Assembly (NCBI GenBank): GCA_963705165.1
Contig: CAVPJD010000011.1
Location: forward strand, 32,001 to 96,000
Length of the DNA stretch: 64,000 bases
Source: an uncultured delta proteobacterium
GTDB lineage: Bacteria; Desulfobacterota; Syntrophia; Syntrophales; UBA2192
Reading direction: 5' to 3'
In this document: in pieces, positions 1 through 9,959 of the stretch
Layout: every line of letters starts with the position of its first letter
Numbering within the stretch: position 1 is the stretch's first letter
Notes under the pieces: model-generated
What the model was told of the DNA's origin: nothing
Seen by the model: only the letters and a program-made list of their open reading frames with translations
The model's database searches: none
Position numbers and translations under genes: made by a program

Positions 1-1055
1 ACTCGCCGGAGCCTTTGAGCATGCCGAAGAGCCGGATCTCGTTGGCGTAGGCCTGGAGATTGTCGCCGGTAATGAGACTCAGAAGGGTCGTCTTGCCCGA
101 CCCGTTCGGGCCCAGCACCGCCCAGTTCTCGCCGCGCCTCACCGTCCAATCCAGGCCGTCGAGGATGGTGACATCGCCGAACTTCACCGTCACCCCCTTC
201 ATCTCGACGAGGATGTCGGGGGCTGCCGATTCCCGTGCATTCTCCCGGGGAAGGTAAGGAGCGGGGCTCTCATCCTCGGCGCTGATTCGCAGCCACCCGG
301 AAATAACTTCCTCGCGCCTTCCCTGGAGGACGACCCGTCCGTCCTTGACGCAGAGCACATGGGTGATGCCCGGCGGGATCTCGTCTGCGCGGTGGCTCAC
401 CAGGACAAGCTGGACACCCTCCCTCGCCAGGTCATCCAATAGAACTTTAAGCTCCTCTCGCGAGGCGGCGTCGATCCCGCCGAAGGGCTCATCGAGGACG
501 ACAAGCCGCGGGGACTTCATCAGGGCCCGGGCGATGAGCACCTTGCGCAGCTCGCCCGTCGAGAGGTGGCGCATGGGTCTGTTTTGAAGATAGCCGATCC
601 CGAGCCGCTTCACGATTCCTGCGATATGCGCGGGCGCCGTCAATGCCGGGTGGGCTTCCCGAGAGGATCGTCTCGCGGGCCGTTTCGGGGTCCCCTCCCC
701 TGCCGGCACAGCCGCCGTCTTCGACGCGGTTCTCCTCCGCCCCGAGAAGCCACTCCTGCAGCTCGGGCGACACCCAGCCTATGCGGTCGCGTGCCGCATC
801 GGGGTGGTGGCGCGTAACCGCCCCCTGCGAAGTCGGCACGTCGTCCATGAGGACCCGGGCAAGGGACGACTTGCCCGCGCCGTTGGGGCCCAGGATGGCC
901 CAGCTCTCGCCGGCGCGGATCTCCCAGGACGTGCCAGGCAGGATGAACCGGTCTCTCACGCGCACGGTCACATCTTCGATGGTTATGAAAGGGTCTCCCG
1001 GTGCGGGCGGGCGTTTAGCCCTGGCCCCACCAGAAGACGCGGACGGGGTCTTCAT
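1..1055 (-). CDS. ModF-like ABC ATP-binding protein with two ATPase domains; frameshift near 625-640; runs off the window edge; start uncertain
   Basis: Walker A GPNGAGKS in ORF 489..1055. A second minus frame continues with LSTGELRKVLIARAL / VVLDEP / SH and a second GPNGSGKT near 85-110. Confidence 0.8.
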
Positions 1056-1365
1056 CGATTTCTCTCAACAGAATCTCAAAATCCATTCTCGGCTTCAGGT
1101 AGTAGCTGTGCCACTTCGAGTCGGCGTCCACGTAGTAGAGGCTCCACCTTTTCGTTCGTGGGTCGAATCGAAAACGTGCCATGTCAAGCCGTACCCGTTT
1201 TTCGGGGTCCAGCAGGCCGGGGCGCTCTTCGAAGAGCGTCACGAGGTCGCCCTCTATGGCATAGCCGATCCGCACACGGTGGCACAGCGCCTCGTGGACC
1301 CGACCCCGGCAGTAGTCCCCGAGTTTCTTTTCCACCAGCTTCAGGGTGAATTCCGAAAGTGCCAT
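1015..1365 (-). CDS. DUF3024-like protein
   Basis: 116 aa with ARFRFD..WSLYY.D..KWH.Y and EIDEDP..FW pattern typical of DUF3024. Confidence 0.75.
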   Translation of the reverse strand: MALSEFTLKLVEKKLGDYCRGRVHEALCHRVRIGYAIEGDLVTLFEERPGLLDPEKRVRLDMARFRFDPRTKRWSLYYVDADSKWHSYYLKPRMDFEILLREIDEDPVRVFWWGQG

Positions 1366-1498
1366 GGCGACCTTCCTTCCATAGCTCTATACCATAAATC
1401 GGTCGAGCCCGAAACAACAGCTCCGCGGGCAGAATTTTCTTGTCAAAAGGACTGTGAATTGTTTAACATCCGGGAGACTTGAATGAGAGGACCGGCCC

Positions 1499-2446
1499 AT
1501 GGCAAACAATTCCAGAAACATATCGGACTACTCGCAATTCATCGTCGATCTGCGCCGCCACATGTGGATGGCCGGCATCGAAATGGACCTGAGGCGGCTC
1601 ATCTGGCAGATCGCCATCACGGGAAAGTACATCTCGGCAAGGATCCACGAGTCGAACCGCAAGCTCGCAGGACTGCGCAACATCCACGGCGACGAGCAGC
1701 TCGCCCTCGACAAGATCGCCGACAACATCCTGCAGAACCAGCTCCAGTACTCGGGTTTCGTGAAGGCTTACTGCTCCGAGGAGCTGGATCACATCGTCTC
1801 CTTCGAGGCCCCGTCGAGCAAGTACCACATCACGGCAGACCCTCTTGACGGCTCGTCGCTCGTGGACACGAACCTGGCGATCGGGACGATCATCGGCATC
1901 CACAGGGACTCTCCGCTTGCCGCCGAGGGCCGCAAGACCATGGTGGGCGCCATGTACATCACCTACGGGCCCCTCATCACGATGGTCTACTCGGCAGGCA
2001 AGGGAACCCACGAGTTCGTCCTCAACCGGGAGGGGGAGTATGTCCTCTCGGAGGAGAACATCACCCTCGACGAGAAGGGCTCCATCTACAGCCTCGGGGG
2101 GCTTCGCAAGGAGTGGCTCCCGGGGCATCTCAAGTTTGTCGAGATTCTCGAGGGCGAGGGCTACAAACTGCGCTACAGCGGCGGTTTCGTTCCCGACGTC
2201 AACCAGATTCTCATCAAGCGGGGGGGCGTTTTCACGTACCCCGGCACGAAAAAGGACCTCGCGGGGAAGCTCCGCCTCATCTTCGAGCTGCAGCCCATGG
2301 CCTTCCTGGCCGAACAGGCCGGAGGCATGGCTACCGACGGCAGGCAGGACATCCTGGCCATCAAGCCCGAGAGCCTCAATCACCGCTCGCCGATCTACAT
2401 CGGCAGCCGCTACGAGGTGGAGAAGGCAAGGGAATCCCTGGCCTAG
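1499..2446 (+). CDS. fbp: Fructose-1,6-bisphosphatase class 1
   Basis: SEE, DPLDGSS, LRYSGGFVPD and GKLRLIFE motifs. Confidence 0.95.
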   Translation: MANNSRNISDYSQFIVDLRRHMWMAGIEMDLRRLIWQIAITGKYISARIHESNRKLAGLRNIHGDEQLALDKIADNILQNQLQYSGFVKAYCSEELDHIVSFEAPSSKYHITADPLDGSSLVDTNLAIGTIIGIHRDSPLAAEGRKTMVGAMYITYGPLITMVYSAGKGTHEFVLNREGEYVLSEENITLDEKGSIYSLGGLRKEWLPGHLKFVEILEGEGYKLRYSGGFVPDVNQILIKRGGVFTYPGTKKDLAGKLRLIFELQPMAFLAEQAGGMATDGRQDILAIKPESLNHRSPIYIGSRYEVEKARESLA

Positions 2447-2464
2447 GACGCTATGCACCACTCA

Positions 2465-2587
2465 GTCTCCCTCTCCCTATGGAAGACCTTTTTCCTCTGT
2501 TCTCCTCCCCTGGTGGGAGGAGGAAGTGGAGGAGGGGGGAACGTTCCCCTTCCTCTTTACGGGGAGAGGGTCGGGGTGAGGGTGAAT
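2465..2587. repeat. REP-like CCCTCTCCC/GGGAGAGGG palindromic repeat cluster
   Basis: Tandem units such as ccccttcctctttacggggagagggtcggggtgagggtgaa; related unit at 55572-55609. Confidence 0.55.
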
Positions 2588-2616
2588 GGTCATCCACCAT
2601 CAACAAAGGGGGAAGC

Positions 2617-4062
2617 ATGCTCTTTAGCAGCATCGACCAGTTGAAAAAGGCGATCGAAGGCATCCTGAAGATCGAGGGGGACAATGTCCGCGTCCTCGAC
2701 GAGAAGAAACTTCGCGGATCGCTCATCGACCACCTCGTCTACTCGGCCGTGCTGTCGGGCGATGCGGGGGTGAGGCAGGCCGCCCGCTGGCTCATCCGCA
2801 GGGCGGGCGTCACTCTCGGGGTGCTGCCCTCCTCCATCCAGTCGCTCTACGAGGCCATGGGCCGCGGAGAGATAAAGGGCTTCACCGTGCCCGCCATCAA
2901 CATCCGCGGTCTCACCTACAAGACGGCCCAGGCCGTCTTCCGCGCGGGCCTCAAGGGCGGCGTGGGGCCCATCATCTTCGAGATCGCCCGCTCCGAGATC
3001 GGCTACACCGAGCAGCGCCCCGACGAATACGCCTGCGCCATCACGGCGGCGGCCCTCAAGACGGGCTGGCGGGGGCCTCTTTTCCTGCAGGGCGATCACT
3101 TCCAGATCGGCGTGAAGAAATTCACCGTGGAGCCGCAGAAGGAAGTGGACTCCGTGAAGGAGCTCATCCGCGAGGCGATCGAGGCCGGGTTCTACAACAT
3201 CGACATCGACTCCTCCACCGTGGTGGACCTGAGCAGGCCCACCGAGGAGGAGCAGCAGCGAAACAACTTCACCATCGCCGCCGGCATCACGGCCTTCATC
3301 CGACAGGTCCAGCCCGAGGGCGTCGAGGTCTCCGTGGGCGGCGAGATCGGCGAGGTGGGAAGCAAGAACAGCACCGTCGGGGAACTGCGGGCGTTCATGG
3401 GCGGCTACTTGAAGGAGCTGGCAACGCACGGCAAGGGCCTCAAGGGAATCAGCAAGATCAGCGTCCAGACGGGAACCTCCCACGGCGGCGTGGTGCTTCC
3501 CGATGGAAGCATCGCCAAGGTGAAGCTCGACTTCGACACCCTGCAGACCCTCTCCGAGGCGGCCAGGAAAGAGTACGGCATGTCGGGCGCCGTCCAGCAC
3601 GGGGCCTCGACCCTTCCCGACGAGGCCTTCGACAACTTCCCGAAGCGCGGTACCGCCGAGGTGCACCTGGCCACGGCCTTCCAGAACATGATCTATGACA
3701 GCACCTTCTTCCCGGCGCCGCTTCGCGAGAAGATTTACGAGTACATCCGCAGGGACCTCGCGGGCGAGAAGGGCGCCAAGGACACCGACGAGCAGTTCAT
3801 CTACAAGACCCGCAAGAAGGGCTTCGGGCCCTTCAAGAAGGACCTGTGGAACCTGCCGCCCGATGTCCTGAAAGGGATCGGGAAGGAGATGGAAGACAAG
3901 TTCCTCTTCATCTTCGACAAGCTCTCCGTCTTCAAAACGAAGGACGTGACGGCGAAGTTCGTCAAACCCGTCGACGTGCCTGTCCCGGCCCCGGCAAGCC
4001 TCACGGGCAAGGGAGTTCTGAAGAGCGAGAAGAAAGCCGAGGCTTTTGACGAAGGGGAATAG
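2617..4062 (+). CDS. Class II fructose-bisphosphate aldolase, long form
   Basis: VPAINIR, LQGDH, GEIGEVG, GTSHGG and VQHGAS metal-binding motifs; follows fbp; ATG at 2617 after a GGGGGA RBS. Confidence 0.88.
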   Translation: MLFSSIDQLKKAIEGILKIEGDNVRVLDEKKLRGSLIDHLVYSAVLSGDAGVRQAARWLIRRAGVTLGVLPSSIQSLYEAMGRGEIKGFTVPAINIRGLTYKTAQAVFRAGLKGGVGPIIFEIARSEIGYTEQRPDEYACAITAAALKTGWRGPLFLQGDHFQIGVKKFTVEPQKEVDSVKELIREAIEAGFYNIDIDSSTVVDLSRPTEEEQQRNNFTIAAGITAFIRQVQPEGVEVSVGGEIGEVGSKNSTVGELRAFMGGYLKELATHGKGLKGISKISVQTGTSHGGVVLPDGSIAKVKLDFDTLQTLSEAARKEYGMSGAVQHGASTLPDEAFDNFPKRGTAEVHLATAFQNMIYDSTFFPAPLREKIYEYIRRDLAGEKGAKDTDEQFIYKTRKKGFGPFKKDLWNLPPDVLKGIGKEMEDKFLFIFDKLSVFKTKDVTAKFVKPVDVPVPAPASLTGKGVLKSEKKAEAFDEGE

Positions 4063-4187
4063 AAAGCAGTGGCCAGTGTTTAGTGATAGTGGCCAGTGCG
4101 TGGAGAAGTGAAAGAAGTGCCTGAGTGTCTGAGTGAAGAGGGAGAAGGGGCCAAGGTCCAGAAAAAGACAGATAAAACCTAGAAACG

Positions 4188-4223
4188 AAAAAGGTCCGGG
4201 GTGATGGCTCCGGACCATTTTTT
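4188..4223. terminator. Bidirectional intrinsic terminator
   Basis: aaaaaggtccgggg...ctccggaccattttt between convergent genes. Confidence 0.7.
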
Positions 4224-4235
4224 GTGGCCGTTCGA

Positions 4236-4496
4236 TTACTTGGACGCGGCGGCGCCCTTTTCGATTTCCTTGTTGCGCTCGTCGTTTTGATCGAGAGTCT
4301 TGTCGATTTTTTTGCGCATCTGGCTTCCGTTATAACCGGCAGCGCTTGCACCTTCGACGATCTTGGTCTCGGGACGGCCCTGCGGCACGTCCTTGGCTTT
4401 GGGCGCGGGGTTGCCGGAGCCGCAGCTGAGAACAAAAAGTATCAGAATAATGAAGGAAAACAATCGGCTTGAATATTTCATGATACTCCTCTGCAT
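4236..4496 (-). CDS. Small lipoprotein
   Basis: Hydrophobic signal with lipobox VLSC, followed by a charged helical body. Confidence 0.65.
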   Translation of the reverse strand: MQRSIMKYSSRLFSFIILILFVLSCGSGNPAPKAKDVPQGRPETKIVEGASAAGYNGSQMRKKIDKTLDQNDERNKEIEKGAAASK

Positions 4497-4556
4497 GGTC
4501 GCTACAGAGGATAAAGTGCAACAATCGGGCCGAAACCGGCGGGTTGGGAGCGGAGA

Positions 4557-5312
4557 TCAGAATTGGTGCACGATGCTCAGGAGGTCGGAAAGCCCCGGTG
4601 TGGGGCAAAAGGACGCGGGTGACGATTCCTGCGGCTTGCGGGGCAGATGATTCTGCGCCGCCAGCAGGAGGGACTCGGCAGCAAGATCTGCAGCGACCAG
4701 GAGAAGCTTCTTCTTCACGGCCCGCAGGCTGTCTCCCGGTGCATAATCGATGCTGCGCCTCAATGCTACATCGCCGCTGTCAATCCCTGCATCGAGGTGG
4801 AGCACCGAGCAGCCGATCTTCGCGGTGTCCCCCTTCCTGAAGGCCCAGAAATCGCAGTGAACGTTGCGATAGTACGGCACGATGCCGCCATGAAGATTGA
4901 GCACGCCGCGCGAAGCAATGCCAAGCGCCTCGTCTCGAAGAATGGCCGTCCCATATGTCAACAGCACATCCGTGTTTTGCTGTCTCAGAAACGCCAGGCA
5001 GTCGGGATCATTGATGTCATCCGTCCTGCATTGGGAGAGAGCCGCCGGGTACCCGCAAATGCCCTCCTGTCTGCAAACAAAATCCCTCAGGGCCCTCTCG
5101 CAGGCGCGGGCATAGATCAGAAGCGAGGCTATATCGAGCGCCGCTACCGGCAGCGTCCATGGCCTGATCCGCTTTTTCAGTCTCTGCCACTTGGCGGCGC
5201 GGGCCTTCCTGCCTGATTCGATAACCAGTCCTTCGACGAGGCCCTGCCGGACAAGCCTTGTCGCAATGAAGCGCCCGCCTTCGCCGTCACGGCATGCAAA
5301 AACCGCTTTCAT
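4557..5312 (-). CDS. Formyltransferase family protein
   Basis: NLHGGIVPYYR and HLDAGIDSG motifs; ATGA overlap with the upstream gene. Confidence 0.85.
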   Translation of the reverse strand: MKAVFACRDGEGGRFIATRLVRQGLVEGLVIESGRKARAAKWQRLKKRIRPWTLPVAALDIASLLIYARACERALRDFVCRQEGICGYPAALSQCRTDDINDPDCLAFLRQQNTDVLLTYGTAILRDEALGIASRGVLNLHGGIVPYYRNVHCDFWAFRKGDTAKIGCSVLHLDAGIDSGDVALRRSIDYAPGDSLRAVKKKLLLVAADLAAESLLLAAQNHLPRKPQESSPASFCPTPGLSDLLSIVHQF

Positions 5313-6172
5313 GATGCGTCGCGCTCCGAGAGGTCCGCCAGCTGCGTGATGGTCACCGGATGAAAACCCATATCCCGAGACGTTGCGATCATGCGTTTCA
5401 CCAGGGAGCTCTCCCGCACGCCTGCAAAACAGGGGTGATCGTAGACAACGGCAAAGCGCTTGCACGTGTCGAGCCGACCACGAAAATCGGCAAGCAGGCC
5501 GTCGTCCGATGCGCCCAGTGCCCTCATGTGCTCGATATATCCGACGCCCCCTGGCTCACCGGCGATGTTGGTCGGCACGTCCCGCACAGACCCGTCGAAA
5601 GAAACGGCTTCGAGCCGGTTATCGTGCCTGTCTGCGGAGACTGAAAGATTGCATGCCTTCAGCACGCCGGAAAGGGAAGCCGGCGCGTTCCACCCGGGCG
5701 AGGCAAACGACCAAACCTTCGGCACGCCGGCCCGTTGCAGCATGGAGATTCCCCAGGCAACCTCGCGGGCGACCCGTCCGGCGTCCCACCGGTGGGCCCC
5801 ACGCTGCCAGCATGAGTGGTTGTGGCCGCCGTGCAGGCCGATCTCATGCCCGGCCGCAGCGGCATCGGCAATGATCGCGTGGTTGCCCGAACCAACCGCC
5901 GGGTTGAACAGCAGAATTCGTACGTACCACGACACGCCCAGTTTATGGAAGGCAGAAAATTTTCTCACCGGGGTGGCATCCGCGTCTGCCCTTTCCCGCC
6001 AGAGAAGCGCCCTGATCGATTCCCTGATAGAGATGGATCTGCCCATGTTCACGAAAAAGGTGAATGGCGTGCCGGCATCCTTTCCCAGCTTGCTCAGCAG
6101 GGGCATGCCGCGCAGGAAGCACAGCGGAGTGTCAACGTCGAATCGGAAGCAGATGAATTTTCTGGCGTGCAT
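5309..6172 (-). CDS. Polysaccharide deacetylase / ArnD-like deformylase
   Basis: FRFDVDT, TFFVNMG, HEIGLHGGHNH, FASPGW (NodB fold; ArnD-like N-terminus). Confidence 0.8.
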   Translation of the reverse strand: MHARKFICFRFDVDTPLCFLRGMPLLSKLGKDAGTPFTFFVNMGRSISIRESIRALLWRERADADATPVRKFSAFHKLGVSWYVRILLFNPAVGSGNHAIIADAAAAGHEIGLHGGHNHSCWQRGAHRWDAGRVAREVAWGISMLQRAGVPKVWSFASPGWNAPASLSGVLKACNLSVSADRHDNRLEAVSFDGSVRDVPTNIAGEPGGVGYIEHMRALGASDDGLLADFRGRLDTCKRFAVVYDHPCFAGVRESSLVKRMIATSRDMGFHPVTITQLADLSERDAS

Positions 6173-6293
6173 AACCTCGATCGATGTTCAAGCACGGTGA
6201 TATAAATGGGCTCCCCCGCACTGCCCAGCAGAGCAGTGCCGAATATCATATATCGGATGGAGGGACTTTGCAACTTTCGAGCCTGATAGCGAA

Positions 6294-7601
6294 TTGCCTC
6301 ACAATAAATGTTACCGGGCGTGAGTTTTCAAAAGGTCGTTGACTCATAATTCATGTTACCGGGAGAGACCTTCTCCAGGAGCTGTGTTTATGAGTCCACG
6401 AGCCAAACGGGAATATCTCGAAGCCCTTCATCGTCGATACAAGAATGCCACCCGGGCACAGAAGAGCCGTATCCTCGATGAGTACTGCGCCACGTGCGGC
6501 CAGCACCGCAAGCACGCCATCCGGCAATTGCGCGGCTTCAAACGCTTCACCCAGCCCAAAGCCAAGAAGCGGGGACGCAAGTCGCTCTATGATTGCGACG
6601 CAATCCGCAAACCCCTCAAGAAGATCTGGCTGTCGGCCAATCTGCCCTGCTCCAAGCGTCTCAATCCCATCCTGTCGTTGTGGCTGCCGGGCTATGAGGC
6701 CTCCTTCGGGGCTCTGAGCCCGGAGATGAAGGCGGCCCTGCTGAGGATCTCAGCGGCCACCATCGACCGCCTGCTGAAACCCACCCGCAGTGCGATGGCC
6801 CATCGGGGACGATCCACCACCAAACCGGGCGCCCTGCTGCGCAACCAGATCCCCCTGGGCACCAACCAGTGGGATCAAACGTGCCCGGGCTTCCTGGAGG
6901 CGGACACCGTCGCCCACTGCGGCTCCTCCATGGCCGGCCAGTTCGTCAACAGCCTCGACTGCGTCGATATCGCCACCGGCTGGACCGAACAGCGGGCCGT
7001 CTGGGGGCGCGGCGAACAGGGCATCCTGAAAGAGCTCCAGGACATCGAGCAGCACCTTCCCTTTGCCATCCTGGGCTTCGACTGCGATAACGGCGGCGAG
7101 TTTTTGAACCATCACCTGCACCGCCACTTCACCGAACGTCCCCAGCCCGTTCTGTTCACCCGAAGCCGTGCCTACCGAAAAGACGACAACGCCCACGTCG
7201 AACAGAAAAACTGGACCCATATCCGCCAGTGGCTCGGCTACGAACGCTTTGACGACCCTTGCCTCGTGCCCCTGCTCAACGAACTGTATCGCTCCGAGTG
7301 GCGGCTCTTCCACAACTTCTTCTGCCCGTCGGTGAAGCTGCTGGAAAAAGAACGCATTGGCTCCAAAACCCGCAAACGTTACGACAAGCCCAAAACCCCG
7401 TATCAAAGAATCATGGAATCCAAATACATCCCTCGGAAAACCAAAATCAGGCTGACCGCTCAGTTCCGCTCACTGAACCCCTTTGTGCTCCGAGAGGCCA
7501 TAGAAATCAAACTTAAAAAAATCTTCAAAGCCTGCTATAAGGGGGCTCTCTCCAGTCAGCGATCTGCAGCTCCCCTTCGGTAACATTTATTTATGAGGCA
7601 A
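6294..7601 (+). mobile_element. Insertion sequence (ISNCY/IS481-like DDE) with terminal inverted repeats
   Basis: Left end ttgcctcacaataaatgttaccg (6294) plus a second copy at 6337. Right end cggtaacatttatttatgaggcaa (7578-7601) is the reverse complement. Confidence 0.85.
6390..7583 (+). CDS. Transposase with integrase-core (rve) DDE domain
   Basis: LEADTVAHC, FDCDNGGEF, NAHVEQKN catalytic motifs. Confidence 0.9.
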   Translation: MSPRAKREYLEALHRRYKNATRAQKSRILDEYCATCGQHRKHAIRQLRGFKRFTQPKAKKRGRKSLYDCDAIRKPLKKIWLSANLPCSKRLNPILSLWLPGYEASFGALSPEMKAALLRISAATIDRLLKPTRSAMAHRGRSTTKPGALLRNQIPLGTNQWDQTCPGFLEADTVAHCGSSMAGQFVNSLDCVDIATGWTEQRAVWGRGEQGILKELQDIEQHLPFAILGFDCDNGGEFLNHHLHRHFTERPQPVLFTRSRAYRKDDNAHVEQKNWTHIRQWLGYERFDDPCLVPLLNELYRSEWRLFHNFFCPSVKLLEKERIGSKTRKRYDKPKTPYQRIMESKYIPRKTKIRLTAQFRSLNPFVLREAIEIKLKKIFKACYKGALSSQRSAAPLR

Positions 7602-7646
7602 CGGGAGAGAGAGCGTCATTCGGCCTGTCATGTGAGTCATAATAAT

Positions 7647-7676
7647 AAAGGGCAGGGCTTTTCGGCCCTGCCCTTC
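7647..7676. terminator. Intrinsic terminator of the PEP-CTERM gene
   Basis: aaagggcagggc-ttttcg-gccctgcccttc hairpin. Confidence 0.7.
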
Positions 7677-7699
7677 AATCCAGTCATCCCGGCCAAAAC

Positions 7700-8464
7700 T
7701 TACGCGCTGACCTTCCTTCTCAAGCCGTAAAGCCCGAGCAGTGCGCCCCCCAGCAGGAGGAGCGTTCCGGGCTCGGGAACGGAGACGGATTCGTACACGG
7801 CATAGAGACCGCGGCCGCTAGTTGCGGAAGTCACCAGTACCTGCCCGCGGGGGTCGGACACATTAATGTCCAGCGTGTCGTTGCCATTGTTTTGATAAAG
7901 AGAGGTCACTCCGGCGAAAATCGGGTGGGAACTGAGGATCGATGCGTTGCCCCCGATTCCGTTGTACGGGCTCCCAAATCCCAGTCCGAAAGCATTGAGG
8001 AACGCGTTCCACTGCGCGGCCTCACCAGCAGCACCGCCTGCCACGACACCCGTGCCGCCTTCCAGAAATACATTTCCTCCGCCGTTTATGTATTGGATCA
8101 AGGCATTGTTGTCAAAGTTATTGCCGGCGAGAAAGACTGCATCGTAACCCTGAAGCGTCGCCAGGGTCTGAGGTAGTCCCGTGGTAATGGTCCACCCGTA
8201 ACCGGCGCCGGTCATGGTAGATTGAAGAGATGACTGGACCAGACCAAAGTTATTCGAGTAGACGAGGAAGTTTCCCGTACTCCCCGTAAACCAATTTGCG
8301 ACATTGAGCGCAAATTGACCGGGCTGGGTACCCGCCTGAGCAAACCCGGTATTGGACAGAGTCCATTCGTCATTCGTTAAAACTATTTTCCCCGCCTGGG
8401 CAGGAAGAACCGCACTCAACGCAAGGATGAAAGCAATTGCCGTAACTGCCAGTAATCTTTTCAT
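7700..8464 (-). CDS. PEP-CTERM sorting domain protein
   Basis: Signal peptide MKRLLAVTA..AQA; C-terminal VPEPGTLLLLGGALLGLYGLRRK. Confidence 0.92.
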   Translation of the reverse strand: MKRLLAVTAIAFILALSAVLPAQAGKIVLTNDEWTLSNTGFAQAGTQPGQFALNVANWFTGSTGNFLVYSNNFGLVQSSLQSTMTGAGYGWTITTGLPQTLATLQGYDAVFLAGNNFDNNALIQYINGGGNVFLEGGTGVVAGGAAGEAAQWNAFLNAFGLGFGSPYNGIGGNASILSSHPIFAGVTSLYQNNGNDTLDINVSDPRGQVLVTSATSGRGLYAVYESVSVPEPGTLLLLGGALLGLYGLRRKVSA

Positions 8465-8537
8465 TTTCGACCTCTCTTGTGTCTCGAATCGATTATTCTG
8501 CGGCCAAATCACAGGAAAGCAATACTGCTATAACCAC

Positions 8538-8553
8538 AGCAAGACAAGTGCCA
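8538..8553 (-). promoter_or_regulatory. sigma54 -24/-12 promoter of the PEP-CTERM gene
   Basis: Minus strand TGGCAC-TTGTC-TTGCT matches the consensus. Confidence 0.85.
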
Positions 8554-8630
8554 TTACTGCAACCATTGTTACAACCTGTCGATTAGTTTGAATTTTTTGA
8601 AAGAAAGCGGCAAACGAAGACAATACATCT

Positions 8631-8738
8631 TGTAAAGATATCCGACACTTCTTTGCAGCCTCGGCGGGGGAAAAATTAAAAAAATCAATATAAACGTAAG
8701 ATTAGCCCATTACCTCAAAAACGTAAGAAATATCGACT
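8631..8738. promoter_or_regulatory. Putative PrsR-type enhancer boxes
   Basis: TGTAAAGATATCCGACA (TGT-N11-ACA, 8631-8647) and a similar CGTAAGAAATATCGACT (8722-8738) upstream of the sigma54 promoter. Confidence 0.65.
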
Positions 8739-8861
8739 ATTTGCCGGATGCTATCCCGGTTTCGGAAAAATCGCGACCAAATAATCTCCTCGGTAATGAT
8801 TTTTTCGGAAAAAACCTATGGATCGGCTGGCATGCTCTCGAGGCAGGGATGGACGTATCCT

Positions 8862-9323
8862 CTACTTTGCTTTGCCGACACTCGATTCCAGTACCTGGAA
8901 ATCAGCGCTTTTCACCAGGGCGTGGAGGACTTCGGCCAGTTTGTCCGGGGGTGTCGTCAGCTTCCGAGCGGCCAGGTCCATCCACCCGCCCATGCTGGTG
9001 ACGCCAGCGGCGCACTTGCCGTCTTCCCTGAAAAACTCATTTCGCAAATAGAACCGCGAAGCGTCATGGCTTAATCCCGCCAGGGTCAGGTTGACGCTGA
9101 TGGGCTCGAGCAACCGAAGCTCGCGGCAGTAATCGATCTCGTCTCGCATCACGACCTGCCCCACCTTGAGCCGCACGAACTCGCTCATGGGAAATCCATT
9201 CTCAGAGAAGTATATCATCCGCACATCCCCCGAGATATCGAGGTAGGCCGTGTTTTTCATGTGGCCGTTGAAGTCCATGTCACCCCAGCGGACATTGAAC
9301 GTCTTCACAAAGGCCGTTGTCAT
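8862..9323 (-). CDS. Hotdog-fold acyl-CoA thioesterase
   Basis: VRWGDMDFNGHMKNTAY motif. Confidence 0.85.
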   Translation of the reverse strand: MTTAFVKTFNVRWGDMDFNGHMKNTAYLDISGDVRMIYFSENGFPMSEFVRLKVGQVVMRDEIDYCRELRLLEPISVNLTLAGLSHDASRFYLRNEFFREDGKCAAGVTSMGGWMDLAARKLTTPPDKLAEVLHALVKSADFQVLESSVGKAK

Positions 9324-9490
9324 CTCCTGCCTCCCTTCCCCGTTCACAGATTTTAATCGATAAACAACAGACAGGCTCCATTACTCCTTATCCATGCCGA
9401 CGTCAAGGATTGACCCGGACATTTTCACTCCTTGACATTTTATGTCATCCATCGTAAGCGCTGTAATACAAGCGATTAATGAGGTGCCAC

Positions 9491-9709
9491 ATGAATACAG
9501 CAATCTCCGTCAGGCTTCCGAAAAAAATTGCCGATCAGTTGGACAGCATTGCCAGGGAAACGGAAAGGCCGCGTTCCTTCATCATCCAGAAGGCTCTCGA
9601 GGCCTATATAGAGGACTTTGCGGATCTCCAGGTCGCACTGGACCGGCTCCACGACAAAACGGACCCCGTCATTTCCGGCAAGTCGTTGAGAAAATCCCTT
9701 GGCTTATAG
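9491..9709 (+). CDS. RHH antitoxin (RelB/CopG-like)
   Basis: ISVRLP...RSFIIQKALE RHH pattern; overlaps the toxin start. Confidence 0.85.
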   Translation: MNTAISVRLPKKIADQLDSIARETERPRSFIIQKALEAYIEDFADLQVALDRLHDKTDPVISGKSLRKSLGL

Positions 9710-9959
9710 TATCGGCTACAAGAGATCGGTCGAGAGGGATCTAAAGAAACTGCCCAAGGCAGAGGCCAGGCGGATTCTCGATCAGATCGAGGCAGAGCTT
9801 TCAGAGAAGGCCGATGCCTGTCCGGTTCTAAAAGGGCAATTTGCAGGCCTGCGGAAATTTCGAGTCGGGGATTACAGGGTGATCTATGCGATCCTGGACG
9901 ATGAGGTTCTTGTCCTCAGGATCGGGCACCGCAAGGATGTGTACAAGAAAGAGATATGA
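9699..9959 (+). CDS. RelE/ParE-family toxin
   Basis: LRKFRVGDYRVIY...RIGHRKDVY. Confidence 0.9.
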   Translation: MAYSIGYKRSVERDLKKLPKAEARRILDQIEAELSEKADACPVLKGQFAGLRKFRVGDYRVIYAILDDEVLVLRIGHRKDVYKKEI

